Shown here one piece after another: positions 34,691 through 48,265 of a stretch of DNA of 64,000 bases. Position 1 is the stretch's first letter, and each line of letters begins with the position of its first letter. A program made the translations under genes and the position numbers. Where the stretch lies: positions 46,342,645-46,406,644 of the forward strand of contig NC_057728.1 in the NCBI RefSeq assembly GCF_004010195.1, in the 5' to 3' direction. The notes beneath the pieces were generated by a model, which made no database searches, was not told the origin of the DNA, and saw nothing but the letters and a program-made list of their open reading frames with translations. This stretch comes from Chiloscyllium plagiosum (taxonomy: Eukaryota).

Positions 34691-37269
34691 TTGCACTCTG
34701 AACTGATGCACAGATCACAATTTGCAATGTCAGTAAAAAAGAGCTGTCCAATCTAATTTCTATGCCACTATATCTTCCTGCATTTTTGTACAATCCTCTA
34801 TAATATTCATTATACTCCCAATGCCATATCTCTGAATCCTAAGGTTACATTACTTCTGTATCTGCTGAAAAATAGTGATTCATTATGGATCCTTACTGGA
34901 CACTATTTTCTACTTTTGGTCACATTCCTTAAATCCTACTCATGGAAAGAAAAACTGTAAACAAAACATAATGTTTGGAAATGAACTTACTGGTTGCACT
35001 GGAGTACTGTTCTGAGGTACATAAAACAAATCAGATCTGTATATATCATTTGCAAATTTTACTGTTTTTTTTCTATGTAGACCAGTATTTTACTACACAT
35101 AGTTAGCTCCAATCTCAAAAACCATGTGCACATGTAGACAGTGGGGCAGCAGTGGCAATTTTGCCAGAAAGGTCCAACAAAGATGCTGCCACTGGATCTG
35201 TCAGAAAATGGAGGTTGGAATCTGTCAGCCAATAACAAGGCTCAAACAGATGCTCTGCAACTTTAACAGTATCACCATAACAACAGAGAATGTTAACCAG
35301 GCCAGTCCTTCTTCAAAAAGCCCCATAATGAAAGTATGGCTAAGCTCCTAGACTCTCTAATGGATGAACTCACAGGTGTCTGTTTTCACAAATGAAAACA
35401 TAGCTTACTCTGACTGATTAACATTTTGATGAAGTTATAACAACTGTTTCTTTCGATATTTGTATGCTGGCGTGCAAAAGATTAAAAGATGTTCATCTTT
35501 TGGTGTTCTATTGTTAATACAATATGATCTCTGTCGGATACTTTTACAGGGTTATAAGAACAACAGTTCATATGTCTGAATAGGTTTTTAATTGGGTATT
35601 TTATCTTAAGTGCATTTCAAGACTTGACATTGGTTTTACACACTTCATGGTTCTGCAGTGCATGCTGAGTGAATGGGCATGAAGAATGTCGCAGAACCAT
35701 GGAAGAGACATGAGAGCATGGGGGGGATGTGGGGGCATGAGGGCAGAATAGGGCCATAGAGAGACATTGGGACGTGGAATGGAAATATGGACATCGTACT
35801 GGAAGTGGGTGGAGTGGTGAAACAATGTGACGTATGAGGAATAGAGGAATTAATAACTTTTAAAATAACAGTGTTGAGGTCTCTGACACTCAGAGCAAGC
35901 CTCTTTACCAACCTACCTTAATATTTGCAAACGTCTTCGGCTGCATTTGAATTATTTCCGAGATTAGAGAATCCAGCTCCCAAAGCAAAGATACTGCATA
36001 TGAGGAACATATGTGGAGACTCACCTGCTGTGTTGGTTTAGATCCCTATTCAAGCTTCTCACCTGCGAGGCCTATCTAGCGCTATGGTTTGGTGAGTTTT
36101 GTGGAATCAGCTAGTGTACTGTTTCATAGTGCTACCCGAAAAGAAAACTGCATCGGACAACAAATTTTAAATAGATTAATTTAAATGTGAGACAAAAAGC
36201 TATTTAAAAATGTGTCAAAAATTTTGTTTGTATCATATAGGACTTTGCACTGTCAAAGGATTAATACTTAGTCAAGCATCTCTTAAGACCCACATTACTA
36301 TACTCATAATTTGAATAAATTTCATTGCACAGTTTAGGATAAAATTACTTAACAAAATTATATGTTATTAATTTTGATGAGGTATTCCTGTAAGAGATAT
36401 GAATATGTCATTTGATGTCCTTTTCATTATTAGGACATAACTCATTTTAAAATGGGAAAAATGCGAAGATATTAAGAACCCTTGGTTTATTCCAAATCAG
36501 GAGCAAATCACAGAGGATGAGGGGGCTCCTAATTTGAACAGTCAATAAAATTTTATTGAAGGAATTGAACAATTCTATTTGAATTCATGTACATTATCCT
36601 AAAGAAAACACGTGTAACTTTGTCTCACCATTTCAAATACTTTAACTTAATTGTTGGCACTGCAGGAAAATTGTTCATTATGAGCAGATTCTTTACTGGT
36701 CATTTTTTAAGTTAAGGTTAGAAAACATTAATGTTATTAATGGCTGCACATTTGTGAATCTCAATAGAGATAATGGAGGAGAAAGAACACAGAAAGCTGC
36801 TTGCTAATTTGCGTTCTGATAATACATTCTCTAATTTAATGAAGAAAATGCTGAAAGCAAGACTTGTTGCCTTCATTTGTCAAAGGAAAAGACACCATGT
36901 CTATTGCTTATTTCATTATTTATTCACAGTATACATTGCCTTTTACAGCTCTTGAGGTTTCTGCTTGTAATCAATAGCTCTCAAAGCAGTAATTTCAATG
37001 GCGAATTAAATTTAACCCTATATTTAAAGAAAGGAAGTGAAATGACATGTTCGGACATGAAATAATACTACTAAATCATTTACCATATTGTACCTAAACA
37101 ATAAGTCGATATGGAGTCAAAAACACCATGATGAAAATGAAATATTGTCTACACTTCAGGTATCAAATAAAATCAGAAAATGTTGGAAATACTCAGTAGG
37201 TAAGGTCTGTTGGGAGGGGAACAGAGTTAATTAACCAAATTTTCAATGCATGGCTTAGAAACCTAACAC

Positions 37270-38800
37270 CTTAGTGATATTCCATACAGTTGTTGTGTTT
37301 GTTTTTCTTGGTGCTCGAGTACATGGATTTGGAAGGTGCTGTTAAAGAACCTTCAGTGACCTGCAGCTGTGAAGCCTGTTAATATATTATACTGCCATGG
37401 TATATCAATGGTGGAGCTGGTAGTTATTCATAGACTGATAGATGAATTACTGATCAGGCAAATTTCTTTGTCTTTGAATCTGTTGATTTTTTTAAGGGTT
37501 GTTTAGAAATTCAGCCAAGTGGAGAATATTGCAACAAGATCCTGACTTGCAGCTTGTAGATGGTGAATTGATTTATCTCTCACACCAAAATACCAAGGCA
37601 CTCATCTACTTTGGTAACCATAGTATGTAGCTGGTTCAGTTTAGTTTTTGGTTAATGATAGTAATGTTAAGAGAAGGTAGTTAAACGCTATTTTATTGAA
37701 GATGATAATTGCCCAGCAGGTTTTTGGACTTAATACTACATGCCACTCATGAACCCAAGTTTTGGAGTTATCCACATTTTGTTTTATATAAGCCTGGATT
37801 GTTTCATTCTCTGATGAATTGAGAATGGGATTGAACACTGTGCAAACATTGAATAACACCTTCATTTTTGATCCTATAATCTTATAATATCTGATCTTAT
37901 CATAGAGGGAAGGTCAGTGATGATGCGACTTAAGATGACTGAGACTAGAATGTTTCAACAAGGAGTTCCTGCAGTGATATTCTGGGTCCAAGATGAATGG
38001 GCTTCAGAAATCTCAATAATTTTCCATTGTATGATTCCACCAATAGACAGCCTTCCTCCTCCTCCATACCTACTTTATTAAATAAATTTTCATAGTTTTT
38101 GATACAATACTTGATCAAATTCTACTTTGATGTCACTCAAACCTCACCCCTGGAATTCAACTCTTTTGTTTATGCTTGGACTCAGGTTGGAATCAAACCT
38201 GGAACTGAATAGCTCTGGTGGAACCCATCACTGAGTAGGCTATTGTTAAGTACATCCATCTTGATTGCACTATTGACCATACATGTATCATTTTGTTCAT
38301 GATAAGGAGTAAGGTAAGAGAGCAGTAATTCAACTTGACCCTGTCCTCCCTTAATTTCTACTTTTTAAATAAATGTCAGTGTTTGAATAGCATTATTGCA
38401 TATTGCAAGCACTTGGTTACCATTAGTTCTGGAGACATCTTCAACAGTACAACTTTGGTATTTTCAGGACTCACAGTATTTGCCATCTCCAGTATATTCA
38501 GCCATTTCTGGGTATCTATTGGAGTGGATCAAACCGGCTGAATACTGGTATTTTTGTTGGCAAAGACCTCAGGATAAGGTTGTAAAGTATCAACCGCATG
38601 GCAGCTATGGCTGAAGATCAATGATGAACACCAAGATTTGGTTCTGTTTACCTGACACTTGAGGCTGTTCTACACATGCTTAACATCACACATTTTGTTA
38701 TTTATGTCTTGTGAGCAGTAGCTCCAAGACATCATTGCTTGTTTGTGGCCTGTAATGGTTTCACTTTACCTATGGGTGACTGCTGTCTGACTCTGGTAGT
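37270..38800 (-). mobile_element. Very old CR1-clade LINE remnant (related 3' piece at ~6855-7020)
   Basis: Degenerate antisense RT blocks, e.g. GGAAGGTCAGTGATGATGC (xINDLP) and CAAGGAGTTCCTGCAGTGAT (ITAGTPC/VPQG-like). Confidence 0.5.
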
Positions 38801-38859
38801 TTTTTCAAATTCTATAATTTATATTATTCCTCATAATATTGTGCTTTGTAAATACATTT

Positions 38860-39730
38860 CTCATAAAATTTCTGAGATCTGATCAGATATTCTAAATTTA
38901 CCTAGTCCCATTTGCCTAATCCATCTTAAATCCTTCCTATTCATATACACATCCAGATGCTTTTTAAATGTTGTAATTGTACCAGCCTTCATCACTTCCT
39001 CTGGCAACTCGTTCCATACACGCACTACCCTCTGCGTTAAAAAGTTCCTCATCAGGTCCTTTTCATATCTTTTCCTTCTCACATTAAACCCATGTCCTCT
39101 AGTTTTGGACTCCCCTATCCTGGGAAAAAGACCTTGGCTGTTCATCCTATCCACGTCCCTCATGATTTATAAAGTTCTATAAAGTCACCCACCAGCTGCT
39201 GGGCCCAAGCGAAAATAGCCCCAGCCTGTTCAGCCTCTTCCCATAGCTCAAACCCTTCACCCCAGCAATATAGAACATAGAACATAGAACAATACAGTGC
39301 AGAACAGGCTCTACGGCCCTCGATGTTGCGCTGACCTGTGAACTAATCTAAGCCCATCCTCCAACACTATCCCATCATCATCCATGTGTTTATCCAAGGA
39401 TTGTTTACACCTCCCTAATGTGGCTGAGTTAACTACATTGGCCGGCAGGGCATTCCATGCCCTTACCACTCTCTGAGTAAAGAACCTGCCTCTGACATCT
39501 GTCTTAAATCTATTATCCTTCAATATCCTCATAAATCTTTTCTGCAATGTTTTGAGTTTAACAACATCTTTCCAGTATTCCAGATCAAGACATTAATTAG
39601 GCTATTTTTGGAATACTGCATTCAATTCTGATGTGCCTGCAGTGGGCAAATGGGACTAGTTTAGTTTGGAAACATAGTTGGTGTGGACGAGTTGGACCAA
39701 AGGGTCTGTTTCCGTACTGTATGATCCAAT
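38860..39730 (-). mobile_element. CR1 3' fragment with inverted 5' bit and a nested younger CR1 (39272-39520)
   Basis: Host ORF GESKTRGHGFNVR...QRVVRVWNELPEEV. The nested copy FKTDVRGRFFTQRVVRAWNALP has an (ATAGAAC)n tail and is flanked by CAATAT. Confidence 0.85.
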
Positions 39731-39989
39731 GAGGATTGACTATTCCATCCTTTCATCACAGTCTCTTTTACACATGTTTTGACTATGTTATGAAATACAT
39801 CACTATCCCATCCTATGTATTTTCATTGCACTGCAGCCTATGAGCTGGGCTCTGCCTTTATTGATGACAGGAATATTCAAGAACCATCCTCCACCCTTTG
39901 AGTTGTTTAATTATTAACAACCATTCATAACTAGATGAGGTAAAGCTGCAGAATTTTGACGTGGCTTTGGGAATGAGCTCTATCTCAGA

Positions 39990-40830
39990 CAGTCATACAG
40001 CAAGGAAACAGATCCTTTAGTCTAACCAGTTCATGCTGACCATAATCCCAAACTAAACTAGTCCCATCTGCCTCGGCTTGGCCTATATCCCTTTAAACAT
40101 CTCTTATTCATGTATTTATCTAAATGTCTTTTGAACAATCCACCATCTCCTCTGGAAGTTCATTCCACACATGAACTGCTGTCTTTGTGAAAAATAAACT
40201 GCCCCTCGTATCATTTTAAACTCTTTCTCCTCTCACCTTAAAGATAGGCTCCCTAGTCTTGAAAGCCCTCGCCCTAAGGAAAAAACCCCTGGCATTCACC
40301 TTATAAAACCCCTCATTATTTTATAAATCTCTATGAGGTCACCTCTCAATCTCCCATGCTCCAATGAAAAAAGTCCCAGCCTATCCAGCCTCTCCTTATA
40401 ATTCAAACCCTCTATTCCTGGCAACATCCTGGTAAATGTTTTCTGAGCCCTCTCCAGCTTAATAATACCATTCCCACAGGGAGACAAGAACTGGGAACAG
40501 TACTCCAGAAGAGCTCTCACCAAGGACCTGTACAATCTCAATATAATGTACCAACTCCTATACTCAAAGACAAAATCAGAAGTTGCTGGAAAAGTTCAGC
40601 AGGTCTGGCAGCATCTGTGAAATCAGAGTTAACATTTCGGGTATAGTGACCCTTCCTCAGAACTGATGGTAGTTAGGAAAATGTCAGTTTATACGAGAAC
40701 ATGGGATTGGGTGATGAGGTAAGGACTAAGCGAGTAAACTTCTAATTTTGTTTCTGATTTACAGCGTCCACAGTTCTTTTGTTTCCTGTCCTCAAAAGTC
40801 TGACCAATGAAGACAAGCGTGCTAGATGCC
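39990..40830 (-). mobile_element. CR1 3' fragment interrupted by a PLE terminus
   Basis: MRLYRSLVRALLEYC...GRLRGDLIEIYKIMRG. It resumes at CTCAAAAGTCTGACCAATGAAG (~40790). Confidence 0.85.
40569..40788 (-). mobile_element. PLE terminus with near-intact hammerhead (40628-40663) and inverted tip
   Basis: The minus strand reads GTT-CTGAGGA-AGGGT CACTAT ACCC-GAAATGTT-AAC. It is flanked by CTCAAA on both sides. Confidence 0.8.
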
Positions 40831-41148
40831 TTGTTCTTAATGTCCCATCACAAAGCTTCATGAGGTTTGCACCATAGTTTTCAGTTTGCTTGCTGCTGCT
40901 CTGCCCAACATGTTCTTCTCCTCTGATAGGTCTATCCAATGGGCTGGGTCATAACCAAACAGGAACCTTCAAAGAAGCAAATAATTATTTTGGCCTCTAA
41001 TGTTATTTTGTATTATGCCTGATTCTACTTGGTTCTTTAAAAAATATATTGTTAAATTATACATTTAATAAACAATGATAATGATGTAGAGAGCTAGTTT
41101 GTTGCAGATACTGAGTCTGATAGAGAAGATATTTGTCATTCTGAATAA

Positions 41149-41445
41149 GGGTGGCTCAGTGGCTCAGTGGTTAGCACTGCTGCCTCACAGTGCCAGGGAA
41201 CCGGGTTTGACTCCAGCCTTCAATGATTGTGTGGAGTTTGCACATTCTGCCTATGTCTGTGTGGGTTTCCTCCACATGTCCCAGTTTCCTCCCAAAGTCA
41301 CAAAGGTGTACAGGTTAGGTGGATTGGCCAAGGGAAACACAGAGTTACAAGGATGGGGTGGGTCTGGGTAGGATGCTCTTCAGAGGGTCAGTGTAATCTT
41401 GATTAGCCGAATGGCCTGCTCCCACACTGCAGGGATTCTATGAAT
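41149..41445 (+). mobile_element. HE1-like V-SINE, full length
   Basis: A box GTGGCTCAGTGGTTAG, B box GGTTTGACTCC, V domain TGTGTGGAGTTTGCACATTCT...GGGTTTCCTCC, and a CR1-type tail GCCGAATGGCCTGCTCCCACACTGCAGGGATTCTATG. Confidence 0.9.
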
Positions 41446-42739
41446 AAATGCTGGCTGAGTCAGGGATACTATCTAAAAGAAAAGGGATTTAACTGAACAT
41501 GCCCATGATAAAGAAAACAATGTTCCAATTATTCATAATTTTAGTTAATCTTTGAAAAAAACAGCATTGATGATGAAACTTATGCCTATCTGTCAAATGC
41601 TCACAGTAACATATTCATTTCAAATGAGCCAAATCAAGGCTTACATTTTCAATCTGCAGCTCCGCAATAATAAGTGCAGAGAGCCATCTGCTGTCTTATC
41701 ATTGCACTGCACATAGATTTGGGATACAAATTAAGTCCCAATTTAACAAGTCCCACAAGCCAATCCCACTTAAGGCCTTGATATCCTCTCTATTGCCATC
41801 TGCCACAAAGTTGTCAACCCATTCCTTCTTAAATAGTTTTCAATTTTGTTTGACTAAGGTACAATTCAGACCTTTCCTCTTGAGTGATCATAGCCGCTCT
41901 GCTGATAAACATTCCGTTCCGCAACTTCTGACTAGCATTCCAAGTGTTGTTTCCATGTAACTCCTAAAAGTACAAATGATCAGTCCATGCAGCCAGGTAA
42001 GGATTCCTGCTGGTAGCAGTTGTGAAAACAATTTAGATCCTTTCTAGCTGACTCCACTCTGTACACGCTTAAATCAGGGAATGTGAATTAAATAAGCATT
42101 CCTGTCTTCAGGCATCTAATATTACATTATTAGCAGTCATATTACATAACTGTATGTTACTAAACTGTTCATTATACCCATTTTCTAGGCTGAAACTGTG
42201 GAAGTATTAACCCCTTGCTCCTCACATAAGGGAAGAGCAGGAGTAGGAAATTATTCTTTTATTAAAAATAGGAAACTCCAAACTTTAAATCTATCTCAAA
42301 CATGTCTACTTCTGTTTTAAGTGGAATGGGTCTGGGATAGGCAGAGTAATTGATTCTTGAGAGACAGATCAATAAGTATAATACTTAATGAGGTGGCATT
42401 GTCTCAAATTGTCAGCAAGGCAATTGATCAGGGTTTCCCAAGGTTTAATAAACTTGGCAACAAACAGGAATAGGTACTCTCCAGTCCTACAGGGTGTGTT
42501 TTTTTTTCAGCACTACATATGGGCCAAAAGGCACAGGAATGTTTTACCAAGGACAGATTAATCTCTCTTTCATTTTACTTTTCATAGTTAACCATTGGGG
42601 CTCCCTATAGTCAGTATACCTGATCTGAGGATAGACTGTAATGAACTGATACATAACAATTAATTCTTTCATATTTGAGAAAGTAATTCATTAATATTAC
42701 TTTTGGGAAATGGACATGAATAATATTAGATGTGCATGA

Positions 42740-42895
42740 ATAGAAATTGTTGGAAAAGCTCAGCATCTGAGAACTGAGGAATGGTCACTCCACCCAAAAC
42801 ATTAACTTTGATTTCTCTCCACACATGCTGAGATTTTCTGGCAATTTCTATTTTTGTTTCTGATTTCCAGCAGCTAAGTTCTTGCGGTTTTTATT
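42740..42895 (+). mobile_element. Decayed PLE terminus with hammerhead remnant
   Basis: CTGAGGAATGGTCACTCCACCCAAAACATTAACTTTGATTTCTCTCCAC. Confidence 0.65.
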
Positions 42896-42959
42896 ATGTA
42901 TAACACGCACGCTGATTGACATTCACCTTTCAACCAACTCCACCAAAATATATGGATCA

Positions 42960-43830
42960 TACGAGAGAGGAGCAGACTTGGGCCATTTGGCTTACCAAGT
43001 CTGACCTGCTATCGGATCATGGCTGATAGACTTTTCAACCCCATTCTTCTGCCTTCTTCCCATAACCCTTGATCCACTTACTTATCAAGAATCTATCTAA
43101 TTCCATATTAAATACACTCAGTTCACTTGGCATCCACAGTCTTTCTGCAGCAAAGTTCCACAGATTCATCACTCTTATCTCAGTTCTATAGGGTCATCCC
43201 TTTGCTCTGAGGTTATGCCCTCCGGTCCTAGTCTCTCCTACCTTCTCCACATCCACTGTATCCGGGTCTCTCAGTAATCTATAGGTTTCAATGAGATCAT
43301 ATCTCATCCTTCTAAACTTCACCAAATATAGACGCAGAGGTATCAATCATTTCTCATATGATGAGCCCTTCATCACCAGGATCATTCTTGAAAAAGTCTT
43401 CTGGACCCCCTCTGAGGCTAGAGCATCCTTCTTTAGATACGGGACCTAAAACTGCTCACAGTATTCCAAATGAGGTCTGACCAGAACTTTATAGGTCCTC
43501 AGCGGTGCATCCCAACTCTTTATTCTAGCCGTCTTGAAGTGAATGTTAACATTGGATTAGCCTTCCTAAATGCCAAATGAACCTTTATGTTAACCTGAAG
43601 AGAATCCTGAACTAGGACTTCCATGTATCTTTATGCTTCAGATTGCTGAAGCCATTTCCCATTTGAAAAATGTTCTAAACCTCTATTCTTCCTCCTAAAG
43701 TGCATAACCCCACACTTCCCATAATTATTCGATCTGCCACTTCTTTGTCCACTCTCCTAGCCTGTTCAAGTCCTTCTACAGCCTTCCTGCCCCCTAAACA
43801 CTATCTGTCCCTCCACCTATCTTTGAGTCA
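42960..43830 (-). mobile_element. CR1 LINE 3' fragment (older subfamily)
   Basis: Antisense AAAACTGCTCACAGTATTCCAAATGAGGTCTGACCAG (LVRPHLEYCEQF), and a 3' UTR with GATCATGGCTGAT. Confidence 0.8.
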
Positions 43831-44536
43831 TGGGTGGCAATCTGTTCTTTTTCCATTTCTCTGCCACTTTGTTGCGTCAGTGCTATAGTAATGCTAACTC
43901 CTGATGTGGCTGGATCCATTGATTATATTTGCAATGAACATATGTGGGGCAGGCAGAAGAAACAGAACAGATCCTTAATAAAGTGAGCAGTCAGCTTTCA
44001 CATCATTTATAAATGCTGCTCCAACCAATGGACAGGGAATGATTCTACATGGACCTTTGGCAATGACATTATTCTGATAAATTCATGACCAGTTATGACA
44101 CAAAGAGACAGTAGGAGAGTGTAGGTGCTGCATTAGAACTGAACTCTTCTTCCAGCCCAACATTATCCACCATCCACCATTGCATATCAGACAACGTTGC
44201 ATTATGGTCACAGTTTAAATTGAGAGGAAATCAGTTCTGTGTCCCTGTACACTGTATAAAGTCTCTCATCTGCCTTGTAGTTTGCAGGTAGCTCTTTTAA
44301 GGTCACCTGGGTTACTTCCGCTCCACAGATGTCTATCTGCAATTTCCAACCTCCAATGAAATAGTTTGTGAACAGCATTTGCGTCCAACACAGACATACA
44401 CCGCCTGAATTTCGCTTGTAGACTGTACGTTTGCAAATGACATGTGCTCTGCAAGTCACTGATGCACCTGCCTTTGGAGGGCTTCTTTCCACAGCAATGG
44501 AGCCCATGTTTTTGGCCAGGCAACACTGACTCACCC

Positions 44537-46250
44537 CACAAGGAGGAAGGTGCCATCCAGGCCATATTGGAGGAGGAAGAAATTGATTTGTTAGAAAGAT
44601 TTAAGATTGATAAACAAGTATTCAAGAGGTTGTCTTTACTTAAAGTTAAGAAGACATTGGAGCTAGTTGAGATGAATCAAATACATCTCTATGACTCTAT
44701 GGCTCTAAAAATGGAAATTTCATGGTAAGTGGCAATAATTTTTCAATTTTCTATAGATTCAGATCTGTCACCAGAGGGCTGAAGAACTGCAAACATTCTG
44801 CCTTTGTTCCTACCTAGGAATAAGGATAAGCCAAGTGACTACAGACCAATCAGTTTTACATTGGTGATGGGAAATTTGCCAGAAAAATAATTTGGGACAA
44901 CTGGCACTTGACCCATATAGATTAAGAAGAGGGAAGATCATGTTTAATTAACTTATTTGATTTTTTTAGATGAGGAAACATCTGGGCAATACTGCTAATG
45001 TGGCATACATGGACTTGCATGAATGCATTTGCTGCAATGCCATGCAACAGACTTGTGTGCAAAGTTGCAGCTCATAAAATAAAAGGGACGGTAGCAACAT
45101 GAATGCAAAATTGGCTGTGACACAAAAAGAGCAGTGATTAATGGATGGTTTTGGCCTAGGGAAAGGTTTCTAGTGGAGCTTCACAGGGATCCCTATTGGA
45201 ATCTTTGATTTTATTCATGATCTTTTTGTGCAGGACACAATTTCAAAATTACTGGATGATCATAAAAAGAACTTGGAAGCATTATAAACTGTGAATAGGT
45301 TAGACTAGAACTTAAAAGCATATAGTCAAGATGGTGTAGTGGGTAGAAAGGTGGCAAACAAAGTTCAATGCAGAGAAGTATGAGGAGATAGGTTTTGGTA
45401 GAAAGAACATCAAGAGACAGTACAAAAAAACCTCTAAATGGTGTACAGGAGCAAAAAGAGTTGGATGAGTAGGTGCTTAAGTTATTAAATATGACAGGAC
45501 AGGTCGAGAGAGCAATTTACAAACCATTCATTATCCTTGACATTGTTATAGAATCCCTACAGTGTGGAAACAGGCCATTTGGCCCAACAAGTCCACACAG
45601 ACCCTCTGAAGAGTATCCCACCAGACCCATTCTCCTACCCCTATTACTCTACATTTCCCATGACTAATGCACCTAGTCTATACATCCCTGAACGGTATGG
45701 GCAATTTAGCATGGTCAATTCACCTAACCTGCACATCTTTGTATTGCGGTCCTAAAGTACAAGAGAATGCTACACTTTAGGAAAAACCTAAACGCATTGC
45801 AGAGAGTGCAGAAGTGGGTTACAAGAATGGTTACAGAAATAACGAATTTCACTTACAAAAGTAGGTTGAAAAAGCTGGGACTTTTCCCTGTGAAGCAGAC
45901 AACACTCGGGAGAGGTCTGGTTGAAATATTCAAAATCATGAGAGGTCTGAACAGAAGAAATAGGGAGAAAGAGGGGACAGAGATTTAAAGTAACTAGTAA
46001 AAGAAAGATAAGTGATAAGGGGGAAAGCTTTATCTTGAAGCAAGTGGTTAGGATCTGAGAGTGCACTGCCTGAGAGTGTGAAGGAAGCAGGTACAAGACA
46101 TTCAAAAGGGAAGATAGATTTTTGAAAAGGAATAATGTGCATACTTACAGGAAGAATGTAGGAGAATGGCACTGGTTGAGATGTTTCTTTAGATAGTGGG
46201 AGCAGACACAAAAGTTTGAATGGCTTCCTTTTGCACTGTGACAGTTAAAA
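44537..46250 (+). mobile_element. Old CR1 LINE RT-to-3' remnant, interrupted by an antisense HE1 SINE
   Basis: DKPSDYRPISFT, NALQRVQKWVTRM and LGRGLVEIFKIMRGL. Confidence 0.75.
45548..45740 (-). mobile_element. HE1-like SINE 3' half
   Basis: ATAGAATCCCTACAGTGTGGAAACAGGCCATTTGGCCC...GCAATTTAGCATGGTCAATTCACCTAACCTGCACATCTTTG. Confidence 0.85.
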
Positions 46251-47509
46251 AAAAACACATAGAACATTATAAAGCAGGAACAGGCTCTTTTGCCTTTACT
46301 TTCAACCATAATGTCAATCTGAACTAACTCAATCCATCTGCACATGGCCCACATCCCCCTATTCCCTGCCTTTTCATGTGTCATTTTAAATGTCTCTTTG
46401 CTTACTGTGATTCTTCCATAACTAATTTCAATTTTATTTTCAAGCAGCATTGTACTCTACTTCAGAAGCTTCTTTCTTCTATTTATCCATCATACTTATT
46501 CATTCATTTTCAGATAAGTTAATATTTGAGGACCGATTTCATGAAAGTACGTTCTAAATATAGGATCGATATATCAATCATTGTTATTTTGCTCTTAAAT
46601 TTTATATCTTTAATTGAAATACAAAAACAGGCATTAGGTTGATAATTTGATCTTATTTACAATGTTCTTGCATCTTCACTTTAAGCTTCTTCACTTCAAA
46701 ATAACTTAGAGGAAATGCAATTATGGAAATGTATGTTTGTGAGCATTTCTGAAATTACCACATTTTTAAATATGATTCAAATAAATTTCATAGATGTTTG
46801 CCAGTTGTAGTTCTGGCTATTTCAGGCTTAATACTTTTTTTCTCTCCATGTCATAGTATGATCTCCGCTATAAAATAATAATGTGCCAGTGTCATATTCT
46901 CAGTTGTAATAACATAATAGCATGAAACATGTAGGTGAGGAAGAAATTAGATGATAATTTTGTTCTGATTCTAACTTAGAGCAAGCGGTCACAATGGGGC
47001 TTGCTGTGACTCATTGTTGTGAGCTCTGGACCATTTTAACTTAAAGAGCCTCATCTCCACACTTCATGCCTGACTTCTGCCTAAAACAGAAAAGCTGGGG
47101 AGAGTGATTCTAGCTATTCCACAGATTATTCTGAAGAGAGGAATAACTGCAAAGTGGAGAAACATAATGTTTGCTTGTGAGGAGATTCATTATTGGCTCA
47201 CTAGGACATTTTTTTAAAGGATTAATACATCTTCTCCCCCAGTCTCTCAATCTGCTCCAGTTTGTTGTGGCTCAGTGCTCTCACTTCTGAGTTACAAGAT
47301 CATGGGTTCTGGTGAATTGAAATCAATATGAATTAGAATATTTCAGCATCCTTGCAATGCTATATATGGGGAATTGCAATGAGCAAACTGACGACCATAT
47401 TACTACATGACAAAATTACTGTATTCCTGTACTTCTAAAGTACTTTATGATCTGTTGAAATCAGGAATTAATTGATACAAATGCAAGTCTTTTTTTTTTG
47501 TAACTTAGG

Positions 47510-48265
47510 CTGCCAATCCAGTGTAACGTTGGGTGAGGACTGCACCTTTTGGATGAAATACTAAATTGAGACCTCATCTACTTTCTCAGGTAAACTCCAT
47601 AGATCCCGTGAAGAGGACCAGAACAGTTCTCCTTGGTGTTCTGGAAAATATTTATGCCTCACCAAAATCACCACAGTTGAGCTATAGGGAGAGGTTGAAT
47701 AGGCTGGGGTTGTTTTCCCTGCAGCATCGGAGGCTGAGGGGTGACCTTATAAAGGTTTATAAAATCATGAGGGGCATGGATAGGATAAATAGACAAAGTC
47801 TTTTCTCCAGGGTAGGGGAATCCAAAACTGGAAGGCATCGGTTTAAGATAAAACGGGAAAGATTTAAAAGGGTCCTGCGGGGTAGCTTTTTCAAGCAGAG
47901 GGTGGTGCGTGCATGGAATGAATCACCAGTGGTAGTGGTGAATGCTGATACAATGACAGTTAAAAGGCATCTGGATGGGTGTCTGGAAGAGTTTGGAGGG
48001 ATATGAACCAAGTGATGGCAAATGGGACTAGATTTATTTAGGATATCTGGTCGGCATGGATGAGTTGGACCGAATAATCTGTTTCCATGCTGTTCCTCTC
48101 CATGACTATGACGTTATATCAAAGATAAGTTTATTATTGTCACATCTGGGATCTTACCATATTCAAATTAGCTGCAGCAATTCCCTAACTCAGATATCCT
48201 TTAAGAGTAATGGCTTTAAATAAATTTGGATTGCTCTAAGGTTGTGAAAGATGCTTTAGAAATGA
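47510..48265 (+). mobile_element. Deu-domain SINE (SacSINE1/AmnSINE1-like) split by a CR1
   Basis: CCTTTTGGATGAAATACTAAATTGAGACCTCATCTAC...GTTCTCCTTGGTGTTCTGG. It resumes ~48120 with TGGGATCTT...AAATTAGCTGC...GGTTGTGAAAGATGCTTTAGAAATG. Confidence 0.6.
47673..48112 (+). mobile_element. CR1/HER1-like LINE 3' end
   Basis: LSYRERLNRLGLFSLQHRRLRGDLIKVYKIMRG, with a (CTATGA)-type tail. Confidence 0.9.

Noticed and set aside
41149..41225. tRNA gene
   Set aside because: The A/B boxes belong to the head of an HE1-like SINE. There is no complete cloverleaf, and it runs into the V domain.
44208..44534. 108-aa minus-strand ORF with a GTGAGT donor-like site at its start
   Set aside because: There is no recognisable protein similarity, the sequence upstream of the donor-like site is a CR1 remnant, and no supported exon structure exists.
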